From: Gammaproteobacteria bacterium
GTDB lineage: Bacteria; Pseudomonadota; Gammaproteobacteria; Steroidobacterales; JBCCMA01
NCBI GenBank assembly: GCA_045106455.1
Contig: JBGCEL010000022.1
Span: forward strand, 13,422-77,421
Length of the DNA: 64,000 nt
Direction: 5' to 3'
Part shown: piece by piece, positions 9,935-20,014 of the stretch
Numbering within the stretch: the first letter of the stretch is position 1
How the letters are laid out: each line of letters opens with the position of its first letter
The notes under the pieces: generated by a model
Databases searched by the model: none
What the model saw: the letters and a program-made list of their open reading frames with translations, nothing else
What the model was told of the DNA's origin: nothing
Position numbers and translations under genes: made by a program

Positions 9935-11239
9935 TTACTCCCGCTCCAGCAGCATGGCGCCGCCCTGACCGCCGCCGATGCACAGCGTGGCGATAGCGCG
10001 TCGTCCGTCATTGCGTTTCAGTGCATTCAGCGCGTGCAATACGATGCGCGCACCGGATGCGCCCACTGGATGGCCAATACTAATTGCGCCGCCGTCGACA
10101 TTCAGTTTGTCGTGGTCGATCGTGCCCAACGCACCGGGTAGCCCCAGTTCGTTTTGACAAAAAGCGTCGTCTTCCCAAGCCGCGGTACATGACAGTACCT
10201 GACCGGCGAACGCCTCGTTGATTTCGAAGATATCGATGTCGTCCACCGCCAAGTGCTGACGGGTGAGCAACGGTGCGGCCGAATAGGCCGGCCCTAAACC
10301 CATTTGCGCCGGATCAAGACCTGACCACTCGGTATCCACCAGTCGGCCGAGTACCGGCAAATTGTAGCGCTCTACAGCGTCGCGGCTGGCCATCAGTAGC
10401 AGGGCGGCGCCATCGGTAATTTGCGAGCTATTGCCCGCGGTGACAATGCCGCCATGGCGATCAAAAACCGGTCTGAGCTTGGCGAGTTTCTCCGTGCTCG
10501 AATCGCGTCGCAGCCCGGTGTCCTCGTCGTATACCGTGCCATCCGGCGCATACACCGGCACCACTTCTTCCATCAGGCCTTGCTCGAATGCCGCGGCGAG
10601 TCGCAGATGACTTTGCACTGCGTATTCGTCCATGGCCGCACGATCAATGCCAAAGCGATGCGAAATAATCTCGCAGGTCTGGCCCATATCCAGATCCACC
10701 GTGCTGTCGCGCAGGCCGCGGAGCAGGGCGATCACGGGCTTCATGAACTGCGCTACCGGAATTTTGCCGAAGGTTTTAATTTTGTCTGCCGGCTTGCGTG
10801 CTTTGGCGCTGCTGCGAAACCAAGACACGGCCTTGTCGTTATAGATGAGCGGCGCGCGGCTCATGGCCTCCGTGCCGCCCGCCAGCACTAAATCCGCACG
10901 TCCGATCGCAATGTCCTTGGCGGCTGAATCGAGGGCCTGCATGGCGGATGCGCAGTTACGCATGACCGTCCAGCCCGTGGTTTTGTGCCCGCAATTGAGA
11001 CGCAGCGCCGTCACCCGGCCAATGTTCGCCTCGTCGGGACTCGGCATGGCGCAACCAATGATCACCTCATCGAGGTCCGACGCTTTGATCGGCAAGCGCG
11101 AAATCAGTGAGCGACCCGCCGCAACGGCCAGATCCGAGGCGCTAAACGGCCCTTGCCGGCCGCTGTCGCGTAGAAATGGCGTTCGAGCGCCATCCACAAA
11201 GAAAATCTCGCGCGCGTAATCGCTGGAGGCCATCGGCAA
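9935..11239 (-). CDS. acetyl-CoA acyltransferase (thiolase), FadI-like beta subunit
   Basis: 434 aa. Thiolase motifs NCASAMQAL (active Cys), GHPVGASGARIV and CIGGGQGGAM. The thiolase-first gene order and the length resemble fadIJ. Confidence 0.85.
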   Translation of the reverse strand: MPMASSDYAREIFFVDGARTPFLRDSGRQGPFSASDLAVAAGRSLISRLPIKASDLDEVIIGCAMPSPDEANIGRVTALRLNCGHKTTGWTVMRNCASAMQALDSAAKDIAIGRADLVLAGGTEAMSRAPLIYNDKAVSWFRSSAKARKPADKIKTFGKIPVAQFMKPVIALLRGLRDSTVDLDMGQTCEIISHRFGIDRAAMDEYAVQSHLRLAAAFEQGLMEEVVPVYAPDGTVYDEDTGLRRDSSTEKLAKLRPVFDRHGGIVTAGNSSQITDGAALLLMASRDAVERYNLPVLGRLVDTEWSGLDPAQMGLGPAYSAAPLLTRQHLAVDDIDIFEINEAFAGQVLSCTAAWEDDAFCQNELGLPGALGTIDHDKLNVDGGAISIGHPVGASGARIVLHALNALKRNDGRRAIATLCIGGGQGGAMLLERE

Positions 11240-11380
11240 ATCTCCCGTCCGGTCAGAGTCTTAAATACACCAAGGTGCGAGCTGACGCGGCTCAATAGTG
11301 CGTTGCAAAAGAGCTTGATAATAAGAGTGCTGTTGCACTGAAGCAACCGGCCTGCTGTGAATTTTTGCGCGACTGGGTAC

Positions 11381-12115
11381 CTAGCCCGGTACGTGGAAAT
11401 CACACAGAAGCGGCAGGTGATCGGACAGTGATACCTGCGGGATCTCGAAATTCTCAATCTCGATACCTTGGCCGTGAAGGACAAAATCCAGCTCTTTACG
11501 CGGCGATCGGCTCGGATACGACGGCCAGCCGTGGGTATTTGCGCTGGTAAGGCCCGCCGCTTTCATGAACAAATACATTTCGTGGCCGCCCCAAAACGTA
11601 TTGAAGTCGCCGGCGACGATCACCGGTTTCTCGGCATTGACGACCAAGTCATGCAGGTGCCTGAGTTGGTACTGACGATGGCGATATTTGAGCGACAGAT
11701 GAACCAGAAACACCGCAACGTCATCGAGCTCAAGCTCGATAATCAAACGCTTGATGCCGGTATCGAAGTAGTGAAAGCGTTCGCCGTGAACGCGCGGGGC
11801 CGCCAAAAACGCGTTGCCTTGATTGCGCAGAACCGGCACGCGCTGGTTCAACGATGATTCCCCGTACTTGCACTGATAGGTGGAGTAGTGGCCCAAGGCT
11901 TCGGCGATTTTCTCGGCCTGGTTCACGCGCGAACGAATCGAACCGGTATCCACTTCAATAAGTCCCACGATGTCCGGATCGTTGCTCTGAATAAACTCGG
12001 TAATGTTATCGAGATTTCGGCGGTTGCTGCGCAGATAGCCGGCACCCGGCACCGGCAGGTGAAACGCTGCGCCATAACCCGCTGCATAACGAATATTCCA
12101 GACAAGCAAACGCAT
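11381..12115 (-). CDS. endonuclease/exonuclease/phosphatase (EEP) family protein
   Basis: MRLLVWNIRY start, then GLIEVD, VAGDFN and the C-terminal SDHLPL catalytic motif typical of the EEP fold. Confidence 0.7.
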   Translation of the reverse strand: MRLLVWNIRYAAGYGAAFHLPVPGAGYLRSNRRNLDNITEFIQSNDPDIVGLIEVDTGSIRSRVNQAEKIAEALGHYSTYQCKYGESSLNQRVPVLRNQGNAFLAAPRVHGERFHYFDTGIKRLIIELELDDVAVFLVHLSLKYRHRQYQLRHLHDLVVNAEKPVIVAGDFNTFWGGHEMYLFMKAAGLTSANTHGWPSYPSRSPRKELDFVLHGQGIEIENFEIPQVSLSDHLPLLCDFHVPG

Positions 12116-12193
12116 AAGGCTATAGACCGATTCCGTGTGCCCAATAGCGGGCGCGAAGCGCGTACGCTAGCACGTTCTCGATGACCGTCTCAC

Positions 12194-13930
12194 CTAAGTT
12201 GCGTGCTGAAATTGAAGTTCGGCCAATTCCGCGTACAAACCGCCCTGTGCCAAAAGGGCATCATGGTTGCCCTCTGACACCACCCGGCCGCCTTCGAGCA
12301 CGATGATGCGATCCACCTGCTTTACGGTGGCCAGGCGATGCGCAATGACCAGCGTAGTGCGATTTTCCATCAGACGTTCCAAAGCTTGCTGCACCAGATC
12401 TTCGCTGATGGCATCCAGCGAACTGGTGGCCTCATCGAGCAGCAGAATCGGCGGGTCTTTGAGCAGCGCTCGGGCAATCGCAATGCGTTGGCGTTGCCCG
12501 CCCGATAAACGCACGCCACGTTCGCCCAGATGGCTGTCGTAGCCCTCGGGCAACGTTTCAATGAATTCATGGGCATGTGCCGCGCGGGCGGCCGCGCGCA
12601 CGTCTGCATCGCTTGCGGATGGCTTGCCGTAGCGAATGTTCTCCATGGCCGTGGTCGAAAAGATCACGCTTTCTTGCGCCACCAATCCAAAGCGTTGCCG
12701 CAGTGCCACCAGATTAACCTCGCGTACATCGACGCCGTCCACGCAGATGCTGCCCTCGGTCACGTCATAAAAGCGCAACAACAACTGCATGACGGTGGTC
12801 TTGCCTGCGCCCGATGGGCCCACCAGAGCCACGGTCTCGCCAGGCGCTACGTCCAGCGATAATCCGTTAAACACCGGCTGCGTGGGCCGACTTGGATAAT
12901 GAAACGTGACGTCCTGCAGTGTCAGCGCGCCACGCGGCGGTTCTGGCAACGGTTGTGGCGAGATCGGATTCGCGACCACAGGTTCAGCATCGAGCAGCTC
13001 GGCGATGCGCTCGGTTGCGCCGGCGGCACGCTGCACTTCGCCCCAAACTTCCGACAGCGCCGCGGTGGAGCTCGCGGTGAACACGGCGTAGAGCACGAAC
13101 TGACTTAGCGTGCCGGCGCTCATGGTGCCCGCAACGACGCTGATCGCACCTTGGTAAAGCACGAAAGAAATCGCACCAAACACGAGTAGCACAATGCTCA
13201 CGGTAAGCAACGAGCGGTAGCCAATGCGACGGCGTGCGGCGCGAAAGGCGCTTTCGACATTGTCGGCGAAGCGTTTTGACTCCAGACGCTGCGCGGTGAA
13301 CGCCTGAACGGTCTGTATGGCACCAATGGTTTCGCTGGCCACGGCGGAAAAATCGGCGACGCGATCCTGACTTTGTCTGGACATCGTGCGCACTTTGCGC
13401 CCGAAAACAAGAATTGGCACCAGTACCAGCGGAATCACAAACGCCATCATGAGCGCCAAGCGGGGGCTGGTAATGACAAGCAAGCTGGCGGCACCAATCA
13501 GCATTAGCGTGCTGCGCAGCGCGATGGAGGCGCTGGAGCCCACCACGGTCTGAATCAGCGTGGTGTCGGTATTCAAGCGCGATAACACTTCACCGGTGCG
13601 CGTGCGCTCGAAAAACTCGGGGCTCATCTCAACGATATGAGCGTACACCGCGGAACGCACGTCGGCCACCACGCGCTCACCCAGCCAGGACACCCAGTAA
13701 AAGCGCGCGGCCGACGAGATGCCCATGACCATGGCGACCGCAAACAGGCGCACAAAGTGCTGATCAATATCGGCCGTGTTGGCGGCATCAAAGCCGTTAT
13801 CGATCATGCCGCGTACGGCCACCGGCAATGACAGCGTGGCGGCAGCGGCCACGAGCATGGCAAGCAAGGCCAGAACGATGTGGCCTTTGTGCTGCAACAC
13901 ATAGGGCAACAGGCGACGCAACGGGCGCAT
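12194..13930 (-). CDS. ABC exporter, fused permease/ATPase (ABCB/MsbA-Atm1-like)
   Basis: Six-TM domain followed by an NBD with GPSGAGKTT, LSGGQRQRIAIARAL and LLLDEATS. I chose ATG 13930. The longer ORF to 14047 would overlap msrQ. Confidence 0.82.
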   Translation of the reverse strand: MRPLRRLLPYVLQHKGHIVLALLAMLVAAAATLSLPVAVRGMIDNGFDAANTADIDQHFVRLFAVAMVMGISSAARFYWVSWLGERVVADVRSAVYAHIVEMSPEFFERTRTGEVLSRLNTDTTLIQTVVGSSASIALRSTLMLIGAASLLVITSPRLALMMAFVIPLVLVPILVFGRKVRTMSRQSQDRVADFSAVASETIGAIQTVQAFTAQRLESKRFADNVESAFRAARRRIGYRSLLTVSIVLLVFGAISFVLYQGAISVVAGTMSAGTLSQFVLYAVFTASSTAALSEVWGEVQRAAGATERIAELLDAEPVVANPISPQPLPEPPRGALTLQDVTFHYPSRPTQPVFNGLSLDVAPGETVALVGPSGAGKTTVMQLLLRFYDVTEGSICVDGVDVREVNLVALRQRFGLVAQESVIFSTTAMENIRYGKPSASDADVRAAARAAHAHEFIETLPEGYDSHLGERGVRLSGGQRQRIAIARALLKDPPILLLDEATSSLDAISEDLVQQALERLMENRTTLVIAHRLATVKQVDRIIVLEGGRVVSEGNHDALLAQGGLYAELAELQFQHAT

Positions 13931-13970
13931 GCCGTCGCTCGAACGTTCAGGCCGCGCGGATTCGTCCGTA

Positions 13971-14573
13971 TCAGCCACGTTTGCGTGCCTTGGCCCGGCG
14001 CCACAGCACGATGCGGTAGCCCAGCAATATGGCCAGGACGCCTGCAAAAATCATTGGCTCCACCGCATCCTTTTTCACTTGCCACCAAAAGTGCCAGACA
14101 CCGAGCACGGCAATGACGTACGTGAGCTTGTGCAGTTTTTTCCAGCGCTGTTTGAGACGGCGCTGACTAAAGCTATTCGAGGTAATGGCCAGAGGTAACA
14201 ACAAAAGTAGTCCCGCAATCCCCACCGTGATGTAAGGACGTTTGAAAATGTCTTCAATGATCGGACGTATCGCCAGCCCCTGATCGAGCACGGCGTACAC
14301 CGTAAAATGCAGAGCAATGTAGGTGAATGCAAAGAGTCCGAGCATGCGACGCACGCGCACCAAAGAGGTCATGCCGGTCAGATTGCGCAGCGGGGTCACG
14401 GTGAGTGTGACCAGCATGAAAAACAAACCCCACCAGCCCATGCGATGCAGGAGCGCCTCCACCGGGTTTGCCCCAAGCGACCCGCCGAATAGTTCGAAGA
14501 CATCGGTGGCGACTTTTGCCAGTGGCACGCAGGCAAGGGCGAAAATCGCCGTTTTCAGAGCGGTCACGTTCAT
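13971..14573 (-). CDS. msrQ: protein-methionine-sulfoxide reductase heme-binding subunit MsrQ (YedZ)
   Basis: 200-aa polytopic ferric-reductase-like membrane protein with conserved His residues, immediately downstream of msrP. Confidence 0.82.
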   Translation of the reverse strand: MNVTALKTAIFALACVPLAKVATDVFELFGGSLGANPVEALLHRMGWWGLFFMLVTLTVTPLRNLTGMTSLVRVRRMLGLFAFTYIALHFTVYAVLDQGLAIRPIIEDIFKRPYITVGIAGLLLLLPLAITSNSFSQRRLKQRWKKLHKLTYVIAVLGVWHFWWQVKKDAVEPMIFAGVLAILLGYRIVLWRRAKARKRG

Positions 14574-14621
14574 AGGCCCGGGATCATACCGGCGCGCTCG
14601 GAAGCATGCGATGCCAAACGG

Positions 14622-15623
14622 CTAGAAATTACGCCGCAGATCCAGGTCTTTGTACAGGTGGGCCACCTGCTCAGCGTAGCCGTTGAACATTTGCGTGGGG
14701 ACTTTGTCGGCGAACAAACCAGCCCCAATTTCACGGTGCCGTGCCTGCGACCAGCGCGGATGATCCACCTCCGGGTTCACGTTGGCGTAGAAGCCGTATT
14801 CGCTGGAGGCCGCTTCTTCCCAGCTGGTGAGCGGGCGTTTTTCTGAGAAGGCGATGGCCACAATGCTCTTCACGCTCTTAAAGCCGTACTTCCACGGCAC
14901 GATGAGTCGCAGCGGCGCGCCATTTTGATTGGGCAGCTCGCGGCCATACACACCGGTGACCATCATGGTCAGAGGGTTCATGGCCTCGTCGATGGTCAGG
15001 CCTTCGGTGTAGGGCCACGGCAATACGGCGCGGCGCTGGCCAGGCATGCGTTCCGGATCGAGCAGTGTTTGGAACGCAACGTAGCGCGCCTTCGACGTGG
15101 GCTTGAAGCGTTTGAGCAAATCGGCCATGGGAATACCCACCCACGGCACGACCATCGACCAGGCTTCGACGCAGCGTAATCGATAAATGCGTTCTTCGAA
15201 GGCGTGCGGGGCGATGATGTCTTCGTAATTAAACTGCCCCGGATTTTCGCATTCACCCGAGACTGTGACCGTCCACGGCGCCGTCTCGAAGTCGCGAGCG
15301 TTGCGTGAGGGATCATCCTTGCCGGTGCCAAATTCATAGAAATTGTTGTAGGTCGTGACGTCTTCGTAGTCGTTGGGCTTGGCGTCGGTGCTGAAAGGGC
15401 CTTTCACCAGCTGTGCGAACTTGCCGCTCATATCGGCGGGCGGCGGCGCGCTGGCCGCGGCGTTTGCAGCGCCGGATTCATCCCCGGCACAGGCGGCGCC
15501 CGCAGCAATAGCGCCCACGGTCAGGCCGGCCGCGCGCAGCAGGGCGCGCCGATTTATGTAAACCGATTCATCCGTAATTTCAGAGGGTTTTATATCGGCA
15601 GGGCGTCGAATCAGCATCATCAA
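14622..15623 (-). CDS. msrP: protein-methionine-sulfoxide reductase catalytic subunit MsrP (YedY), molybdopterin enzyme
   Basis: Tat signal ([19 protein letters not shown]), sulfite-oxidase-fold molybdopterin domain ([17 protein letters not shown]), 333 aa. Confidence 0.85.
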   Translation of the reverse strand: MMMLIRRPADIKPSEITDESVYINRRALLRAAGLTVGAIAAGAACAGDESGAANAAASAPPPADMSGKFAQLVKGPFSTDAKPNDYEDVTTYNNFYEFGTGKDDPSRNARDFETAPWTVTVSGECENPGQFNYEDIIAPHAFEERIYRLRCVEAWSMVVPWVGIPMADLLKRFKPTSKARYVAFQTLLDPERMPGQRRAVLPWPYTEGLTIDEAMNPLTMMVTGVYGRELPNQNGAPLRLIVPWKYGFKSVKSIVAIAFSEKRPLTSWEEAASSEYGFYANVNPEVDHPRWSQARHREIGAGLFADKVPTQMFNGYAEQVAHLYKDLDLRRNF

Positions 15624-15839
15624 TCTCCGCAGGTCAGGCGCTACATTCTGGAACGAGTCGAGTATGCCATGAGGAAGTCACGTCGACATCACCCATCAGG
15701 CCCTCGCTTTAACGTGTTTTCGATGCCATTGGTCGCACTTAAGACAAACTTTTTGGCCTTCAGCGCAACTAAGTACCTGTCGTTACAGATCATTGCGACG
15801 TCTGCTTCGAAAAATCGACCGAAATATACAGGTTCTTAC

Positions 15840-18800
15840 GTGAACATAACTCGAATCAGCACCCAAAATCCCGCCGCCGTTGCTGTGCTGCTGGCCTTGC
15901 TGGCGCTCTTTGGCATGCTGGCGATCTTATCTCGCCCCGTGCAGCTGCTGCCTGAACTCACGCGACCGCAGATTTCGGTGTTCAACAACTGGCGCGAGGC
16001 CGCGCCGTCGGAGATGGAGTCGTACATCGTTGAGCCGATGGAGGCCGTGCTGCGCAGAACGCCGGGCGTGCAGGAAATATCCAGCAGCATCAATCGTGGG
16101 TTTGGCCGCACAACGCTCACGTTCGATCTCGATACGGACATGCAAACCGCGCTGATTAACGTGATCAATAACGTGAATCAGGCGCCACCGCTGCCGGTCG
16201 ATGCGGGTGAACCGTTTATCGCCAGTGGTGCGCAGGGTGGTGGCGCCAACGTGGCCACGATGCAGGTGTATCCGACACCCGGCAATCCCAACGATGACAT
16301 GTACTCCCCGGAATATTCGCGGGTATTTGACGAACAGGTCGAGCCACGACTGGCTCGGATTCCGGGCGTCAGTCGCGTGGATATGGCCGGACGCCGCCCG
16401 TTCGAGGTACGTATTACGTTCGACCCGTACCGTGCGGCGGCGGCTGGCGTCAGCATCAATGCGCTGGTGAACACCGTGTCGCAGGCTAACGATGTCTCGG
16501 GCGGCTTTGCGAACGTTGGTCGTCGGCAATACACCGTGCGTTTTATCGGCAAAGACGAGCTCGACAAAATCGAGAATCTGATTGTCGACTACAGCGGGCA
16601 GACGCCGATTCGGCTGCGCGATATTGCCACGGTAGAAAAACGACTCTCTGATCCATTTGGCGTGAACAAACGCAATGGTTACTCCGCCTTCTACATTTCA
16701 CTGGAGGGCAGCAACGACGCTAACAACGTTGAAATTCTGGATGAGGTGAATCGGGCGATCGCGGAGCTCAATGACGGTCCGTTGCGCGATGTGAGTCTGA
16801 CCATGGAGCTGAGCTTTGACTCCTCCGTGTACATCCGGCGCGCGATCGCATTGGTGAATAACAACATCGGACTCGGCGTTCTGCTGGCCGTTGGCGTGCT
16901 GTGGATATTCTTACGTAACGCTCGCGCCACATTGTTGATTGCCGCATCCATCCCCGTGTCGCTGATGGCCGCCTTCGTGGCGCTGCGTGTGTTTGATATC
17001 AGTTTGAACGTGATTTCACTGGCGGGTCTGGCGTTTGCCGTGGGGCTGGTGCTCGATGCGGCCATTATTGTGCAGGAAAATATTGTGCGGTTTGGCCAAA
17101 GCGGTCTATCGCGCGACGAGGCCGTGCAGCAGGGCACCGATCAGGTTAAGGGTGCACTGTTTGCCTCCACCGTGACCACGGTCGCCATTTTCTTGCCGGT
17201 GTTGTTTATGGGGGGGCAGGCCGGGCAAATGTTTTCCGATCTCGCGCTGACGTTGTCAGTGGCGGTGATGGCGTCGATGGTGGCGGCGCTTACCGTGATT
17301 CCGGTCGCGAACCGGCTGTTCCTGGCCGGTGCCGTACGCCCCGACAACATGGCCGGGCTGTGGGATCGAATCACGTCTTTGGTTATGCGGCTCACGGCCA
17401 CGGGTCCGCGTCGCGCGGCGTGGTTGGTGCTGTTGGTGCTCGCTCCCATTGCGGCGGTGGTAGCGCTCAAGCCCAAAGCCGATTTTCTGCCATCCGCTGC
17501 CGCGGATGCGGTCAACGTGGTGTTCAGCGTGCCGCCGGGTGTGAACAACGAGTTGTTTGAAGATGAGATTGCCGCGGAAATTGTGGAGCGTCTGCGCCCG
17601 TACATGGAGCACACTAAGGAGCCTTACATTCGCGGCTACAACCTCAGTATGTTCGGGTCGTTCAATATCCTCTACCTCTATCCTCTGGACCCCGAAGAAA
17701 CCGACACCTTCATCGACCTGCTGCGAGGCGGTCTGCTAAACGGTATTCCGGACACGCAGCCGTACGTGAATCGGGCGTCGCTGCTGGGAATGGGGTTCGA
17801 TTCAAGTCGCACCATTAGCGTGGATTTGCAGGGGGCGGATGTGATTGGGCTGATGGACGGCGCCGCTGTGGGTATGAGCAAGATTCAGGAAATCCTGCCC
17901 GGTGCGACGGCACGCCCCGTGCCGGGCTTGTCGCTATCGGAGCCTGAGCTACAGGTTATTCCCAACGAGCAGCTGCTTACGCAGGCAGGCTTAACGCGCA
18001 CCGAACTGGCGCGCGCTGTGCGCGCCGTGACCGGTGGCTTGTTTGTGAATGAGTATTTTGATGGCAATGAGCGCTACAACGTGATCTTACGCGCAGGCGA
18101 GTGGGATACACCGGAGCAGTTGGCCGCGATGCCCATCATCACGCCACGCGCCGGTGTGCAGACGATTGGCGCACTGGCGGATATTGAGCGCACGGTGGGT
18201 CCGACGTCGCTGAATCGGTTTGACGGTCAGCGCACCATTAGTTTGCAGGTGATTCCACCCGAGACCACGACGCTGGAGGAGGCTTTGGCGACGCTACGCA
18301 ATGAACTTGGGCCGGTCTTAAAAGAGGCATTGCCGGCGGGCTCCAGTATCAGCTATCGCGGCAACGCAGACGAACTTACGTCCGTGCTGACCGACATGCT
18401 GACCAATTTTCTGTTGGCCATTCTGATTCTATTTTTGATGATGGCGGCTATCTTTAAATCGATTCGCGACAGTCTGTTGGTCTTAAGCGTGATGCCGCTG
18501 GCCGTATTCGGTGGCGTGGGCGCGCTGCGTCTGCTGAACGTATTTAGCTATCAGTCGCTGGACATGCTGACTATGATTGGCTTCATTATTTTGCTGGGTC
18601 TGGTGGTCAATAATGCCATTCTCCTGGTCAGTCAGACGCGCGACGGCGAGCGCGCCGGACTGGCGCGTATCGATGCCGTGCGTCAGGCGGTTCGCCTGCG
18701 AGTGCGCCCGGTCTACATGAGTACGCTGACCAGCATCTTTGGCATGCTGCCACTGGCCTTCGTGCCCGGCGTAGGCTCGGATATTTATCGCGGGTTGGCC

Positions 18801-18941
18801 ATTGTGATTGTGGGCGGCATGCTGGTGTGTTTATTTTTTACCCTCGTGCTGATGCCGTGTTTGCTTCGTTTGGGCGAAGGCAGATCTCGCGCTATTAGCG
18901 CCATTGATCCGATTTCGGACGTTCAGGGAGTCTCAGGATGA
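15840..18941 (+). CDS. RND efflux transporter permease (AcrB/HAE family)
   Basis: About 1033 aa from GTG 15840 (VNITRISTQNPAAVAVLLAL...). The 12-TM layout with two large periplasmic loops is typical of ACR_tran. The ORF portion upstream of 15840 looks non-coding. Confidence 0.85.
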   Translation: MNITRISTQNPAAVAVLLALLALFGMLAILSRPVQLLPELTRPQISVFNNWREAAPSEMESYIVEPMEAVLRRTPGVQEISSSINRGFGRTTLTFDLDTDMQTALINVINNVNQAPPLPVDAGEPFIASGAQGGGANVATMQVYPTPGNPNDDMYSPEYSRVFDEQVEPRLARIPGVSRVDMAGRRPFEVRITFDPYRAAAAGVSINALVNTVSQANDVSGGFANVGRRQYTVRFIGKDELDKIENLIVDYSGQTPIRLRDIATVEKRLSDPFGVNKRNGYSAFYISLEGSNDANNVEILDEVNRAIAELNDGPLRDVSLTMELSFDSSVYIRRAIALVNNNIGLGVLLAVGVLWIFLRNARATLLIAASIPVSLMAAFVALRVFDISLNVISLAGLAFAVGLVLDAAIIVQENIVRFGQSGLSRDEAVQQGTDQVKGALFASTVTTVAIFLPVLFMGGQAGQMFSDLALTLSVAVMASMVAALTVIPVANRLFLAGAVRPDNMAGLWDRITSLVMRLTATGPRRAAWLVLLVLAPIAAVVALKPKADFLPSAAADAVNVVFSVPPGVNNELFEDEIAAEIVERLRPYMEHTKEPYIRGYNLSMFGSFNILYLYPLDPEETDTFIDLLRGGLLNGIPDTQPYVNRASLLGMGFDSSRTISVDLQGADVIGLMDGAAVGMSKIQEILPGATARPVPGLSLSEPELQVIPNEQLLTQAGLTRTELARAVRAVTGGLFVNEYFDGNERYNVILRAGEWDTPEQLAAMPIITPRAGVQTIGALADIERTVGPTSLNRFDGQRTISLQVIPPETTTLEEALATLRNELGPVLKEALPAGSSISYRGNADELTSVLTDMLTNFLLAILILFLMMAAIFKSIRDSLLVLSVMPLAVFGGVGALRLLNVFSYQSLDMLTMIGFIILLGLVVNNAILLVSQTRDGERAGLARIDAVRQAVRLRVRPVYMSTLTSIFGMLPLAFVPGVGSDIYRGLAIVIVGGMLVCLFFTLVLMPCLLRLGEGRSRAISAIDPISDVQGVSG

Positions 18942-20014
18942 ACAAATTTATTCACAGCGTCGGCGGCACGACGTTGCTACTGGCGGCGGCGTTTTCGTTC
19001 GCACAGGTGCAACCCAGTGCGGTCGTCGTGGCGACGGTGGAGGAGGCGAGCCTTACGCCTACCCAGCCGATCGCAGGCACGGTTTTCTCGCGCCACGACG
19101 TGCAAATAACGGCCGGTGTCGACGGTCAGCTGACGTTTGTGGCCGAACCCGGCACCGTGGTCACGACCGGTGATGTGATCGCCAGTCTCGACGTGGTCCC
19201 GCTGCAGTTGCAGCGTGCAGAACAAAAGGCGCAGCTCGAGCGCGCGCGAGCGCAGGTGAGATACCTGTCGTCGCAGGTGAGTCGCCAACGCGATCTGCCG
19301 AGTATCGCCGCCAATGCGCGCGAGCAAACCGTATCGGACCGTGACGTTGCCGCAAGTGACGTGAAAATTGCGGAACTGCGCATTGCTCAGATCGATCAAC
19401 AGTTGGAGCGTGCGAGCATTAAGGCGCCGTTCACGGGTGTCATGGTGGCGCGTGAACGGCGTGAGGGCGAGGACATTGCGCGCGGCACCGTGTTGGGCCG
19501 CCTGGTCGATTTATCGCGAATTGAAGTGCGGGTCATGGTGCCGCTGCGATTTTACGGTCGTGTGGCGACCGGCGATTCACTGACGTTATACGGCTTTGAA
19601 AAAGAACGCTCCGGTGTCGTGCGCAGCATGATTCCGGCCGTGGATGCGCGTGCGCAGGCGTTTGAACTGCGCATTGATCCGGTTGAGGACGGCGGGCAAT
19701 CCCTCACCATTGGTGAGTTGGTGAGCGTCGCCGTGCCAATGCGCAGCGCGAGCGAGTCGCTCGTCGTGCCGCGTGATGCGCTGATTTTGCGCCGCGATGG
19801 TGCCTTCGTATTCCGCGTCAATGACGATCAAACCGCCACGCGGATTGCCGTGACCACGGGCGACAGCCGCGGCGACGTAGTCGCGGTCAGTGGCGAATTA
19901 CTGGCCGGTGATCAGGTGGTGATACGCGGCGCCGAGTCGCTGCGCGACGGTGCGACCATCAATGTGGTGTCGGCAGGCAGTGGCACCCAGTCTCTGGCCC
20001 GGCCTGCAAGCTAG
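18938..20014 (+). CDS. RND efflux periplasmic adaptor (MFP)
   Basis: Signal peptide, then lipoyl/barrel-sandwich and coiled-coil segments (QLERARAQV...). The ATG overlaps the RND stop (ATGA). Confidence 0.8.
   Translation: MNKFIHSVGGTTLLLAAAFSFAQVQPSAVVVATVEEASLTPTQPIAGTVFSRHDVQITAGVDGQLTFVAEPGTVVTTGDVIASLDVVPLQLQRAEQKAQLERARAQVRYLSSQVSRQRDLPSIAANAREQTVSDRDVAASDVKIAELRIAQIDQQLERASIKAPFTGVMVARERREGEDIARGTVLGRLVDLSRIEVRVMVPLRFYGRVATGDSLTLYGFEKERSGVVRSMIPAVDARAQAFELRIDPVEDGGQSLTIGELVSVAVPMRSASESLVVPRDALILRRDGAFVFRVNDDQTATRIAVTTGDSRGDVVAVSGELLAGDQVVIRGAESLRDGATINVVSAGSGTQSLARPAS

Noticed and set aside
13931-14047. Upstream extension of the ABC exporter ORF into msrQ.
   Set aside because: It would overlap msrQ by 77 nt. 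ATG 13930 begins the conserved MRPLRRLLPYV N-terminus. GTG 13978 is kept only as a low-probability alternative.
15669-15839. 57-codon N-terminal extension of the RND permease ORF.
   Set aside because: The extension is AT-richer, has no family similarity and looks like promoter or leader DNA. The conserved RND N-terminus begins at GTG 15840.
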